Position numbers and translations under genes: made by a program
The notes under the pieces: model-generated
What the model was told of the DNA's origin: nothing
Database searches by the model: none
The model's input: only the letters and a program-made list of their open reading frames with translations
Shown here: positions 48,074 to 58,693 of the stretch, piece after piece
How the letters are laid out: each line of letters opens with the position of its first letter
Numbering within the stretch: position 1 is the first letter of the stretch
Source of the DNA: Thermoproteota archaeon
GTDB taxonomy: Archaea > Thermoproteota > Thermoprotei_A > Sulfolobales > Ignisphaeraceae
Reading direction: 5' to 3'
Assembly (NCBI GenBank): GCA_030550585.1
Contig: JAUQPB010000001.1
Location: forward strand, 640,001 to 704,000
DNA length: 64,000 nucleotides

Positions 48074-49360
48074 TTATTTAATATCATAGATTCTCTCAGC
48101 GTTCTCGTGCAGAAGCCCATTTGCAATCTCGATTGCTAGTTCCATGTCTATGTAGCCCTCATATACCATCTCCGATAGCACATAGGCTATCTGCCTCTTA
48201 GCCAACGCAGCCTTTCCATACACCCAGTCAGCCACATACGCATCGCTGAAAAAGCCGCATGACTTGTTGTATGGGAGCATCTGGAGTCTTAGCCTAAGAT
48301 ACTCCCTTATTATCGATGGGTACATCGAATACCACCAGTATCCACTTACAAAGACATTTCCATAGTTCTTAGCCATAACTGTCAATGGGTGCAACAATCT
48401 CATGTCAGCTCCAATAACATCGAATTTGACGTTGGGGTAAGAGGCAAATATATTTGCAAGATTCAGCAACTGATCGTAATTAACATGGGTTATGGCATAG
48501 TCTGGCGGTGAAGCGCCTGGAACAGGCCTCTCAACACCTATCATAAACTGGAAAACCTTTTTGTATTCATCGCAAAGATCTAGAAACTTCGTGAGTATAT
48601 ACGATGATAGAAGCTGCTTGGCTCTCAGGTCTATGTGACCTCTAGCCCTCAGATCCTTTAGATAGAGCTGTATCTCCGATGGTCTAACAAATCCGTATAG
48701 CTCCTCTGGAAGTGGACTTAGAGCCACTGCCACAATCTCGCTTTCAAATTTTTTGAATAGAGCTTCTATAGCCCTATCCAGATCCTCAGCCGTCTGTATC
48801 TCAATACCCACCGTCTTCTCTAGGCCAAGTAGACTATCTTTGCTTAGATACGTCACTAAATTGTCTATTCTAAGCACACCAGCAAAAACATCTTTTCTAT
48901 AACCCCCAATATCTGCAAACGGATTTAGAGTCAGAAACGATTTTCTGACTCTGCAAACCTTTGTAAGCACCTCGAAAGCCCTATTCTCATCGCCAGCTCT
49001 ACTCTCTATAGCGCTAACCACATCCCTCCAGTTGCTCTCATCAATAGCTTTAACATCTAGGTTGTACAAATCCTTCAGAATCTGTCTAAGAGACCAAAAC
49101 GTTGCTGTGTTCCTGATGTATCTAAAGTATTGAAGTGCATATGCAAGTCTATCAACACCCTTTCTCCTTTCAAACTCGTTTCTATTCATACCAGCTGTGG
49201 AAAGCTCGGTAACAATGTAGTGGTAAAACAGTATATCTTCGAAGCTAGAGTGAGAAAGCTTAGAGGGATTCAAATGCTCATGTATATCCACAAGAGGGGT
49301 CTCCAAAACCTCATCATAAATCTCATTAAATATCTTATCAAAACTCGTGTTCACCACCAA
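48074..49360 (-). CDS. uxaC: Glucuronate isomerase (amidohydrolase fold)
   Basis: PLVDIHEHL, FYHY, FQFMIG, GYWWY, FFSDA and NA.RIY. Confidence 0.78.
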   Translation of the reverse strand: MVVNTSFDKIFNEIYDEVLETPLVDIHEHLNPSKLSHSSFEDILFYHYIVTELSTAGMNRNEFERRKGVDRLAYALQYFRYIRNTATFWSLRQILKDLYNLDVKAIDESNWRDVVSAIESRAGDENRAFEVLTKVCRVRKSFLTLNPFADIGGYRKDVFAGVLRIDNLVTYLSKDSLLGLEKTVGIEIQTAEDLDRAIEALFKKFESEIVAVALSPLPEELYGFVRPSEIQLYLKDLRARGHIDLRAKQLLSSYILTKFLDLCDEYKKVFQFMIGVERPVPGASPPDYAITHVNYDQLLNLANIFASYPNVKFDVIGADMRLLHPLTVMAKNYGNVFVSGYWWYSMYPSIIREYLRLRLQMLPYNKSCGFFSDAYVADWVYGKAALAKRQIAYVLSEMVYEGYIDMELAIEIANGLLHENAERIYDIK

Positions 49361-49443
49361 AAGGTTCCCGGGGATTATACCTATTTAAAGTTTATCACCC
49401 TAGTCACAGTTCTCACCATATTTTGGAGTAACCAGCCTTGCAA

Positions 49444-50244
49444 ATGGCTCGTCGAACACCTTGCAGAGAACTTGATATAAGGGATGTTGTCGAGGGAGAC
49501 AGTTTATGCAGGGTCTTGTGTTATCCAAGTGGCGATAGTATATGTTGTTACAATAGATTGGAGGAGCTTAGCAGACTCGGTATAACAGGTGTGTATAGCT
49601 TTGGGGATGTGCAGATAGAGAAAGGTGTGTGGGTAGTAGGCAAAGGACATGCAGCTATCGTTGCCTTGGCACAGCATATGCTCTACGGTCTTGTAGCTTT
49701 GAAGATTAGAAGAGTTGACTCTAAAAGGGATTCTCTTGAGGAGGAGGGCATGTTGCTAGAAACTGTAAGCAGATTAGGCTATGCCCCAAAACCGATAAGC
49801 TATAGCAAAAACTTTATTGCTAGAGAGTATGTTGATGGTTCAACGCTAGAAAGGATACTTAAAGAAGGAGATGGAGGAAAAATAAAAAAAGCTATTGTAA
49901 GCTTGGTTAAAGCAGCTTTTGCTATAGACAGTATTGGTGTAGATGTTGAGGAGATAGTCAATCCAACAAAGCAGATAATATATTTATGCAACGATTTAGA
50001 GAAGCCGATGTTTATAGACCTCGAGTCAGCGAGGTTACGGCCGCATTCATCGAATGTAACAAAGATAATATCTTTTATAATTAGGATGATCTCTAAAGAT
50101 AGGGTTGGATCGTCGGATATGTCAAGCAAAAGGATTGTACTGTTAGAATTAGCGAAGAAATACAAAGTAACGATGGATGTTAGGCAAAGAGAGGATATAG
50201 TAGGTGAATTGCTTATGTACATACAAGAGCTGTTTGCTGGATAG
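49444..50244 (+). CDS. Atypical Ser/Thr protein kinase-like protein (COG2112-like)
   Basis: VGKG, VALKIRR.DS, E..LL, REYVDG and FIDLESA. Confidence 0.8.
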   Translation: MARRTPCRELDIRDVVEGDSLCRVLCYPSGDSICCYNRLEELSRLGITGVYSFGDVQIEKGVWVVGKGHAAIVALAQHMLYGLVALKIRRVDSKRDSLEEEGMLLETVSRLGYAPKPISYSKNFIAREYVDGSTLERILKEGDGGKIKKAIVSLVKAAFAIDSIGVDVEEIVNPTKQIIYLCNDLEKPMFIDLESARLRPHSSNVTKIISFIIRMISKDRVGSSDMSSKRIVLLELAKKYKVTMDVRQREDIVGELLMYIQELFAG

Positions 50245-50407
50245 CCCAAGCCATATAGCAAACTCTGATGACATGCAATCGGCAATAGCTACATGTACTT
50301 AAACTGGTGTCATAATTCAGATATTAATGCTGGAAGGGCGTGGATCGCTATAGTCTTTCACACAAAACCTTTTAGCTTCTTCTTTCTTCAAAAGCTTTGT
50401 GGAACCT

Positions 50408-52492
50408 ATGGACTTTCCTTTGAAAATCTCAAATGCTAGTATAATCTATGCTGATGGTTCTAAAGAGGAGTGCTCTCTAGTCGAATCTAATGCCAAAAGA
50501 GAGTTGTTAAAATGTGAAGGCGCTACTATAGAAATAGCTTTTGAAGGTGGTTTGATTGGCGTTGAAGTTAAGTCGTTAAAGCCTTTGAACAGCTTTATAT
50601 TTGCGGAAATTGGTTTGGAAATCGGATTTAGCGACAGAGTTTTGGCTCTAACCCTCCATCCAGATGCAGCTTCGATATACTCACAAGCCTTTGCATACTA
50701 TAATCTGCTGGCTGTTGATAGAACCCCTACTACTCCAAGACCTAGTGATGCACCCCAATACCCTCCAAGCTTTGGCGATATAACGCACATAGAGTTTGCT
50801 AAGAGATCTCCGTGCTGGACATATCCAGTGATAGTCAATGCAAATAGCATACCCAGTTACACAGTCTTTGTTTTGGGGGACATAGGAGGAGATTTCATAG
50901 CTGTTTTGCTTCTTAGCAATGGTGATGTGACGGCCTATATGGGGAGGGGCTTAAAAGTCTCTCTATTCCTTGGAAAGGAGAGACTCTATGTTAGAAGATC
51001 TTGGATTATGTCGATAGGTATTTCTAGCAATCCCTATGAAGCCATTAGAAAAAGTGTTGAGTATGCATCTAGGAAAGCAGTTCTCAAGACTAGGGAAATG
51101 AAAAGAAGGCCGCTGTTTATAGATAAACTTGGTTGGTGCTCGTGGAATGCCCTTTTAACAGATGATCTATCCCACGACAATGTCATCAAAATTGTTAAGG
51201 GTTTGATTGATAGGGGTGTTCCAATTAGATGGGTTATAATAGATGATGGTTGGCAGAAAGAGGTTAGGAAGGGTGGGGAATGGTTTATGAGGGTTTTAGC
51301 CGATTTGAATGCTAATGAGAGGTTTCCAAATGGATTGAAAGCTGTTGTCGATGAATTGAAGAGGCTGGGCATCGAATATGCTGGTCTTTGGCATACTATA
51401 AACATTCACTGGGGTGGGTTTGAGAAACAGGTTTCTGAGAAGATTGGAGTTGAAGGATTTAAACTCCCCATTATAGATAGCTTTGTCCCTCCGCCACAAA
51501 TAGAAAGGGCTTTGAAGTTCTATACAGAGTTCCTCAAGTGGGTTAAGGGAAACGGGTTTGACTTTGTTAAGGTAGACAACCAGTGGTCTATACACGCCCT
51601 TTACTGGGGTGAGGAGACTGTTGGCGAATCAGCTAAAAATATTCAGATAGCTCTTCAAGTTGCAGCTAAAATCAATGGGCTAGACATATTGAATTGCATG
51701 TCTATGGCACCTGAAGACTATAGCAACTACTTCCTGAGCAATGCTATGAGGGTTTCAATAGACTATATACCGTTTTGGAAAGCAGATGCAAAGCTACATA
51801 CAATGTTTAGTGTCTACAACTCTCTGTTGTTTAGCCACATAGCATATCCGGACTACGATATGTGGATAAGCTATGACCCCTATGCAACTATACATGCAGT
51901 TTCAAGAGTATTTAGTGGTGGACCCATATATATAACTGATAGACATCCAGAGAAAACAAACATTGATTTGCTGAAGAAAATTGTGCTACCAAGTGGGGAA
52001 ACAGTCAAGGTTGACGAACCTGGTCTACCAACAAAAGACATCTTGTTTAGAGATCCATATAATGAAAATGTGTTGCTAAAGATTGCTTCAAGAATTAGAG
52101 ATTCGTATGTATTAGCAATAATGAATGTGAATAGAGATGGGATTGAGATAGAGGAGAGGGTGGGTCTCGATGTTTTACCATATAGTATAGCAGATGGGAG
52201 GTATGTATACTATATGGTGTTTAGTGGCAAAAGGGGGGTCATAGATAGGAGCGAAAGAGTTGATATTAAATTAAAAGAGCTTGAAGCTGAGGTGGTAGTA
52301 TTTACACCTATAGAAAATGAAAAGGCTGTTATAGGGTTAAAAGAATATGTTTTACCACCATATCCAATAATGATATACAAACTGGGCAATAGGGTGTTTG
52401 TTAAGGCTAAGACCTTTGGAACCCTTGTGTATTATGCGAATGGGGTATTTAAGGAAGCGATTGTTGGAGAGGGGCAGGTATTAGAGATGTAG
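50408..52492 (+). CDS. Sip1/raffinose synthase-type alpha-galactosidase (GH36)
   Basis: LGWCSWNA, IIDDGWQ, FVKVDNQ, NCMS, PDYDM and GGPIYITD. Confidence 0.93.
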   Translation: MDFPLKISNASIIYADGSKEECSLVESNAKRELLKCEGATIEIAFEGGLIGVEVKSLKPLNSFIFAEIGLEIGFSDRVLALTLHPDAASIYSQAFAYYNLLAVDRTPTTPRPSDAPQYPPSFGDITHIEFAKRSPCWTYPVIVNANSIPSYTVFVLGDIGGDFIAVLLLSNGDVTAYMGRGLKVSLFLGKERLYVRRSWIMSIGISSNPYEAIRKSVEYASRKAVLKTREMKRRPLFIDKLGWCSWNALLTDDLSHDNVIKIVKGLIDRGVPIRWVIIDDGWQKEVRKGGEWFMRVLADLNANERFPNGLKAVVDELKRLGIEYAGLWHTINIHWGGFEKQVSEKIGVEGFKLPIIDSFVPPPQIERALKFYTEFLKWVKGNGFDFVKVDNQWSIHALYWGEETVGESAKNIQIALQVAAKINGLDILNCMSMAPEDYSNYFLSNAMRVSIDYIPFWKADAKLHTMFSVYNSLLFSHIAYPDYDMWISYDPYATIHAVSRVFSGGPIYITDRHPEKTNIDLLKKIVLPSGETVKVDEPGLPTKDILFRDPYNENVLLKIASRIRDSYVLAIMNVNRDGIEIEERVGLDVLPYSIADGRYVYYMVFSGKRGVIDRSERVDIKLKELEAEVVVFTPIENEKAVIGLKEYVLPPYPIMIYKLGNRVFVKAKTFGTLVYYANGVFKEAIVGEGQVLEM

Positions 52493-52578
52493 AAATGCAG
52501 TTTTGATAGCAAGGCAATCTCAAAGCATTTTTACTTCTGAATCTATGAAATCATATTTAGAATTTCGAGGCAGGGTTT

Positions 52579-55500
52579 ATGGAAGTAGGATATAAAGATG
52601 AGTTTTTCACTATAGACAATAAAAAGATGTTTCTGTTTTGCGGCGAAATGCACTACTTTAGAATTCCAAAGGGTATGTGGTTTGATAGAATTTTAAAGGC
52701 TAAGAGAGCTGGGCTCAACTGCATTGCAAGTTACATTGCCTGGAATTGGCATGAACCCATAGAAAATCTTGTTATATTCGACGACTCTACCCCACCATCT
52801 CCATACGAGTCAAAGGCCTTTAGCAGAGATTTGGAAAGCTATATAAAGATTGTTAAGGATCTTGGGCTCTACTTCATAGCCAGACCAGGCCCATACATAT
52901 GCTCTGAATGGGATAGTGGGGGACATCCAAACTGGCTTTACAACAAAGTAGCTGTTCTAAGGTCTCTAGATGAGAACTACATTAAGTATTCTGAAAAGTG
53001 GTACTCAACTATATTACCAATTATAGCAAGGCATACTGTTCCAAATAATGGCCCCATAGCTGTTCTACAGATTGAAAACGAGTATTTTTGGGGAGATGCA
53101 AAATATCTCATGAAGCTATATGAAATCGCCAGAAAATATATCAAGGACATTCCAATAATAACTAATGAGAATTGGCATGTTGAGGGGACTCCGATAATAA
53201 ATACAATTGACGACTATCCATCACCTTGGGATGTGAAGGGCTTTGACAATAAGGTTAGAAGCTATGTCAAGACCCAGCCTGGAATGCCGAAGATGTTCAT
53301 GGAGCTAGAGGGTGGGTGGTTCTCCACATTTGGAGCACCTCTACCAACTAATAGAGGGAGCTTTCCAGCTGAATGGACCGAGGTATTGATTAAAACAGCT
53401 ATTGGCATGGGGATAAACGGCATAAGCATATACATGTTCCATGGAGGTACAAACCCAGGTTACTACACAGGAAAATATGTAACAACAACCTATGACTATG
53501 AAGCAGCAATTAGGGAGTGGGGCGAGCTCTCTAAGAGATACTACACCATTAAAAGAGTTGCTCTATTTGTAAAGACGTTCAATGATTTTATAGCAGAGAC
53601 TAAACCCATTGAGGATGGCGCTAAAGCGTCTGTGGAAGGTATAGATGTGTTTACGAGAGTTAGCGATGGTGGTTCAGCCTTAATTGTTTTGAGAAATCTT
53701 GGCCCAGCTCCCCAACAAGCAAAGATAATTTTCAGAGACTCCACATATCCACTACAAGATCTTGTGAGAATTCCTAGGAGAAATGCAAAAATTGTTTTGG
53801 CTAATTACAATATAGCTGGAACACCATTTAGACTGCTCTTCACATCTTCTGAACCTCTACTCATAAACGCCTTTGACAAGAAAGCTATTTTAATTGTTTA
53901 TGGAGATCCTCTAGAGGTTGGAGAAATTGATGTTGAAGCTGAACAGCAAGTAGATGTTGTATTTGCAAGAGATGTCTACGTATCTCTGCAGGGTAACAGA
54001 GCTATTGTTGGCTATGTACATGGGGAAAGCGATAGAATAGTAGTCTTAAGATCTGGAGAATATGAGCTCTATATACTAGCCATTTCTAGGAGTAGAGCTG
54101 ACAGGACTTGGTATATAGACGACTTTAAGCCTCCTATAATCATAGTCTCAAATATATACTTTGCTGGTGTTGCTAAAAGGGATGGGGAGAGGATATCAAT
54201 AGAACTTGAACTAGACAGCTCTAGCTGTGGGCCCATAACAATAGTTTCTCCAAGACCCTTAACAAAGGTTATGCTTGGAGGAAGAGAGGTCGGCATTGAA
54301 AATCTCTACGGAATTCTATACACATCAAAAATAGATTTTTGTAGAGAGCAGCAGAAAATTGTTGTAGATGTTGATGAAGAGCTGAGGATTGCTGAGGAAG
54401 GAGAGCAAAAAGACCTCATAGCTATAGAGCCTAGAAAACCTCTAGAAGGCCTAGACATGCTTTTCAACGGATATGCTGTGTACAGCATAGAATTCAATTT
54501 AAGTAAAGAGGACATGGCTAGCTTAAAGAATAAAACAATTTATGTAAGCTACTTCAACGACTACGCCACGACAATACTAAACGGTGTCCCTCTGTCATCG
54601 GGTTACCACAGCATAGAGGCTGACGCATCAAAAGCTCTGAGAGAAGGCCTCAACAGATTGCTCATAGTTTTAGAGTCTACTGGCCACACAAACGATGGTC
54701 TTCTGTATATCCCTAACGGGGTTGTGGGAGGCATATACCTGGGGAAGCTAGGGGAGATACACATCGATAAGTGGCTCTACATCGAGTACAGACCGCCTTA
54801 TGGAAAAGACTTTAGCTTGACCATGTTCCTCAGTAATCCAAGGGATATCGAGAAGCTTCTCCAAAAACCTGAAGCGCTTGGAAATGGTATTGAGGTTACC
54901 GGTGGTATACAGCGTGCCGGAATATATGTTGGGAGGTTTGCAGCAGCCAAGAGCTTTGGGAGATTCATACTCGATCTCGGCAAAGGTGTTTACTACTCAA
55001 GACCTCTAATATTTGTGAACAAGAGATTTGCCGGTGTTTATCACGGTCCAATGGATGTAACAGAATATGTGGTTGATGGTGAAAACGAGATTGCGATTGC
55101 TGTTGAGTATACTCAAACAGCTCTGCACCCCGTAATCAAGGTCTACCACATGTATGTTAAAGGGTCTTGGAAAGTTAGCTACGGCACTCGAGGATTAAAT
55201 GAGAAGTGGTTTGCAGAAGGCTACAACGATAGTAGTTGGAGCAAGGTGAGGTTACCCATAGTGATCAAGGGTAAAGAGGGTAGCATAATATGGGTCAGAG
55301 GTAAGGTGCGCATAGAGTATGGAGATGGGGTAGCATCTCCGCTAAAGTTAGTGCTGAGGGGTAGTGGGGTAAAGGCTTTGATATACTTCAACGGTCAATT
55401 CTTGGGTAGATATGTAGATGAGGGGCCTCAAATAGAATTCTATATACCAGAAACTCTTGTGCAAAAAGGTGAAAACGTAATAGCAATGATGCTTCATATT

Positions 55501-55614
55501 ATAAGCGGCGAAGCATCGATAAATGTAGTTGATGTAAAACCGTATTATACGCACATAAAAACAGAACTGGCATTGTTAACACTGCCAGAAAATGTAATAA
55601 AGTGGATAAAATAG
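52579..55614 (+). CDS. GH35 beta-galactosidase family glycosidase
   Basis: GEMHYFR, WNWHEP, RPGPYICSEW, QIENEY, MELEGGWF, YMFHGGTN and YDYEAAI. Confidence 0.93.
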   Translation: MEVGYKDEFFTIDNKKMFLFCGEMHYFRIPKGMWFDRILKAKRAGLNCIASYIAWNWHEPIENLVIFDDSTPPSPYESKAFSRDLESYIKIVKDLGLYFIARPGPYICSEWDSGGHPNWLYNKVAVLRSLDENYIKYSEKWYSTILPIIARHTVPNNGPIAVLQIENEYFWGDAKYLMKLYEIARKYIKDIPIITNENWHVEGTPIINTIDDYPSPWDVKGFDNKVRSYVKTQPGMPKMFMELEGGWFSTFGAPLPTNRGSFPAEWTEVLIKTAIGMGINGISIYMFHGGTNPGYYTGKYVTTTYDYEAAIREWGELSKRYYTIKRVALFVKTFNDFIAETKPIEDGAKASVEGIDVFTRVSDGGSALIVLRNLGPAPQQAKIIFRDSTYPLQDLVRIPRRNAKIVLANYNIAGTPFRLLFTSSEPLLINAFDKKAILIVYGDPLEVGEIDVEAEQQVDVVFARDVYVSLQGNRAIVGYVHGESDRIVVLRSGEYELYILAISRSRADRTWYIDDFKPPIIIVSNIYFAGVAKRDGERISIELELDSSSCGPITIVSPRPLTKVMLGGREVGIENLYGILYTSKIDFCREQQKIVVDVDEELRIAEEGEQKDLIAIEPRKPLEGLDMLFNGYAVYSIEFNLSKEDMASLKNKTIYVSYFNDYATTILNGVPLSSGYHSIEADASKALREGLNRLLIVLESTGHTNDGLLYIPNGVVGGIYLGKLGEIHIDKWLYIEYRPPYGKDFSLTMFLSNPRDIEKLLQKPEALGNGIEVTGGIQRAGIYVGRFAAAKSFGRFILDLGKGVYYSRPLIFVNKRFAGVYHGPMDVTEYVVDGENEIAIAVEYTQTALHPVIKVYHMYVKGSWKVSYGTRGLNEKWFAEGYNDSSWSKVRLPIVIKGKEGSIIWVRGKVRIEYGDGVASPLKLVLRGSGVKALIYFNGQFLGRYVDEGPQIEFYIPETLVQKGENVIAMMLHIISGEASINVVDVKPYYTHIKTELALLTLPENVIKWIK

Positions 55615-55655
55615 CTTTAGGCTGGAAAAACAAGCAACTTTTGTGAGGTGATTGT

Positions 55656-56318
55656 ATGAGTCAGCAGGATATATTGAATCGAATTAAGGAGTCTCTAGCC
55701 AACTTGGATATGGATTCAACTTTAAACTATGTTAGAGAAGCTTTGAACAAGGGTATTGAGGTTAAAGATATAATCAACACCCTTGCAGAGGCTATGAGAA
55801 TTGTTGGCGAAAGATATGAGAGGGGTGAATACTTTGTAGCAGACTTAATCGTATCTGCAGAGATATTCAATAATGTTATGGAGATCTTGAAACCAAAGAT
55901 TATGGAGATAAGGAGAGAGGTTAAACCCATTGGAAGAGTAGTCATAGGCACTATATACGGTGATATACACGACATTGGAAAGAATCTTGTAAAAACATTT
56001 CTAGAGGCAAACGGCTTCGAGGTTATTGATCTTGGTACTGATGTGCCTCCAGAAAGGTTTGTAGAGGCCGTAAAACAGTACAATCCAGATATAGTTGGTA
56101 TAAGCGCATTGTTAACATCGACAATGGTGCATATGAAAGATGTTATAGAGGCACTTAAGAAAGAGGGTTTAAGAGAAAGGGTCAAGGTAATTGTTGGTGG
56201 GGCACCGGTAACAGAGAAATTTGCTAAGGAAATTGGTGCAGATGCGTATGGTGAAAACGCTTTTGTATCAGTAGAGATATGTAAGAAGTTGGTAGAAGAG
56301 TTGAGAAAAGGAAGATAG
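55656..56318 (+). CDS. Corrinoid (cobalamin-binding) protein, MtbC/MttC-like
   Basis: Helical cap domain followed by GDIHDIGKNLV, SALLTST and VGGAPVT. Confidence 0.93.
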   Translation: MSQQDILNRIKESLANLDMDSTLNYVREALNKGIEVKDIINTLAEAMRIVGERYERGEYFVADLIVSAEIFNNVMEILKPKIMEIRREVKPIGRVVIGTIYGDIHDIGKNLVKTFLEANGFEVIDLGTDVPPERFVEAVKQYNPDIVGISALLTSTMVHMKDVIEALKKEGLRERVKVIVGGAPVTEKFAKEIGADAYGENAFVSVEICKKLVEELRKGR

Positions 56319-56393
56319 TTTTGACATTACAGTTTATATTGGTTGTCACTCGGTTTTAGATGTAGAGAGAAGAGGAATTGGTTAGGGCCATAA

Positions 56394-56771
56394 CTATGTA
56401 TGTAATGGGATATACCTTCTGTTAACGCTTCTAACCTTGGAAATGTTGCTGTAGAACTTTGCTAGATCCGTTGAATTTCCTTGGACAATTATTGTGTATA
56501 TGCATCTATTGTTTATGTGATAGTGACTATAATTTACAATCACCTCTTTATTTGATGATAATATCCTCTCAATCTCTGCATTCTCAGGCTCTTCAACTAC
56601 TATGAGCCCACAACAGTTGTGATTTACTACGAAGTGGTTGAGGTCTCTCACATAGTTTTTCAAAGCCTCTTCAACAAAGTCGGATCTGTTGATGTTGAGG
56701 CTCTTCGCTATCTCGTCTATTTTTGAGTATAGTGTTGCCTCTATAGATATCCCAAACCTTTTCTTAGGCAT
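56394..56771 (-). CDS. NikR-like RHH metalloregulator
   Basis: KRFGISI...NRSDFVEEAL RHH and an ACT-like domain with HNCCG and HYH...C. Confidence 0.8.
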   Translation of the reverse strand: MPKKRFGISIEATLYSKIDEIAKSLNINRSDFVEEALKNYVRDLNHFVVNHNCCGLIVVEEPENAEIERILSSNKEVIVNYSHYHINNRCIYTIIVQGNSTDLAKFYSNISKVRSVNRRYIPLHT

Positions 56772-57633
56772 GTTTTTTCGCCGAGAGAACCCTTGCTATT
56801 AGATATATAGAAAGAGTTATAAATCCTATGCCACCCGCTGGTGCAATGTTGAGTTTTGTTGATAGCAATAGCCCGAGAAACGATGATGCAACTGCCGATA
56901 CTACACTTGTGTGGAGGGCTTCTCTGGAACTTGAAGAGACTGCTGATGCTATTATTGCTGGTAGTGTTAGAAGAACATGCTCTAGTACGAAACCAACAAT
57001 CTTTAGGAGGGCAACTGATGAGATTCCCAATAGTGTGTATATCGCTGTGTCGTATAGCCAGATATTCCTGGCAGAGAGCTTTGCATGGTCTAGATCCACA
57101 CCCATATAAATGCCAAACATATACAAGTATACTGTGGCTAGAGCAGATGCCACAGCTATTATAGTTAGCTGGAGGGCTTCTTGGGATGTTACAAGCAGGG
57201 GATCCCCAAGAATAAATGCCCATAGATTGTATTGAACACTATAGAATGTTAAAACATAGTATGTTGCCACAACACTTCCAGAAGCAGTTAGAGAAACCAT
57301 AACCGATGTTGCAACATCTGGGTCTACACCAGCTCTAATAAGATGGCCCACAACATTTATTAGAATAATCGATATTATTAAAGCCCATAGAAACTCATTC
57401 AAGAGGTTAGTTGTTTTGTATACCACTATGCCTAGGACAACAGAAAATAGAGCCATGTGAGGAGCCTCCGTCGCTAGAAAAAATAGTCTTCTGGCAGCTA
57501 TAACAGGGCTTATAAAACCGTAGAGAAGAGATGAAAAAGCGAATACCATAAACCATGTCAGCGGCATGTAGATAGCTGTGTAGATTGCGGCTCCAAGCGC
57601 TAGGATGGTGAGGACTATAGCAAAGGCTTTCAT
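56764..57633 (-). CDS. znuB: Zn/Mn ABC transporter permease
   Basis: RRLFFLATEAPHMAL, ILGDPLLV and KIVGFVL. Confidence 0.88.
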   Translation of the reverse strand: MKAFAIVLTILALGAAIYTAIYMPLTWFMVFAFSSLLYGFISPVIAARRLFFLATEAPHMALFSVVLGIVVYKTTNLLNEFLWALIISIILINVVGHLIRAGVDPDVATSVMVSLTASGSVVATYYVLTFYSVQYNLWAFILGDPLLVTSQEALQLTIIAVASALATVYLYMFGIYMGVDLDHAKLSARNIWLYDTAIYTLLGISSVALLKIVGFVLEHVLLTLPAIIASAVSSSSREALHTSVVSAVASSFLGLLLSTKLNIAPAGGIGFITLSIYLIARVLSAKKHA

Positions 57634-57637
57634 GGCA

Positions 57638-58621
57638 TCACACCACCCTCTTCTTAACAGCGAAAACAACTAGTGCTATGACGAGGATAGAGATTGCAAT
57701 AATAGTGGTTATTGTATACAAATTTGTATGAGCTTCGGCAACAGATGTTTTTGTAGTTAGATTAGCGTTGTTTATGATTTGCGAAACCTTCTCCAGATAA
57801 TCCAGGGTTCCATTGTATACCAGAGGATTTGGGAGCTCTACAAAGGGTTTTCCATATGTTCTAGCCATCTCCTCTAGTTTGCTAGAAGCTGTAGATCCTT
57901 GTGTTACAAGTACAACAACATTTTTGCTTGTCTTAATAATGTTCTCAACATTTTGATAATCTTGGGGCGTCACAGGAGTCTCCTCATCTCTTAGCAAAAT
58001 ATATGAGATATTCAGATCAAGCCATGCAGCAACGTATTGAATAGGTGGTGTGTCTATGACTGCTATATAGCCTGATAACCTTCTTGTATTGTTGGTCAAC
58101 TGTGTTAATTCTGCTAATAGCGTCTTTGCATTCTCTCTATAAACATTTGAACATTCCGGTCTTAAAGTCTCTAGAAAATTTTCAACATATTTTATAAAAA
58201 CTTCATAGTTCTTAGGATAGAATATCACGGCATGGTAGTTTATCTGACCAGTTTGAGGATGCTTTAAGAAGATTATACCAGGTATTTTAGTTATCTCAAC
58301 AAGCGCTGCATTGAGTTCACCACTAGCAACAAGTTTCTCTATCTGCAATTCAAATGGTGCATGAGCTGTTGATATTACTAGACTTGCCACCTTAAGTGTG
58401 TCTATATCAGATGGTGTAAGCTGATATTCATGCGGATCTATACCCGGCTTCACAAGAAGTAGAACAGAGTCTCCTTGGCAAACAAGCTTTTTAACATCGT
58501 TGTATAGAAATGGAAAGGTAACAACAACTACAAGTCCATTTCCATTACTAGCTGTTGTATAGGGCGCTATAAGCATAGACAACAGTAGTATGATTATGGA
58601 AACCTGTTTCAGCACTTCCAT
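57638..58621 (-). CDS. znuA: Zn/Mn ABC transporter substrate-binding protein
   Basis: Signal peptide, PGIDPHEYQLTPSD, NYH and C-terminal TM anchor. Confidence 0.88.
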   Translation of the reverse strand: MEVLKQVSIIILLLSMLIAPYTTASNGNGLVVVVTFPFLYNDVKKLVCQGDSVLLLVKPGIDPHEYQLTPSDIDTLKVASLVISTAHAPFELQIEKLVASGELNAALVEITKIPGIIFLKHPQTGQINYHAVIFYPKNYEVFIKYVENFLETLRPECSNVYRENAKTLLAELTQLTNNTRRLSGYIAVIDTPPIQYVAAWLDLNISYILLRDEETPVTPQDYQNVENIIKTSKNVVVLVTQGSTASSKLEEMARTYGKPFVELPNPLVYNGTLDYLEKVSQIINNANLTTKTSVAEAHTNLYTITTIIAISILVIALVVFAVKKRVV

Positions 58622-58693
58622 AGCCCTCACCAATGTTTGTTGTGCACAAAACTATATAAGCTTTTCTAGACTCTGTGCACAATAGTGTTGCAT

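Noticed and set aside
50262-50322. TGATGACA...TGTCATAA imperfect inverted repeat or C box upstream of GH36
   Set aside because: The pairing is weak and interrupted and there is no D box, so it cannot be distinguished from chance.
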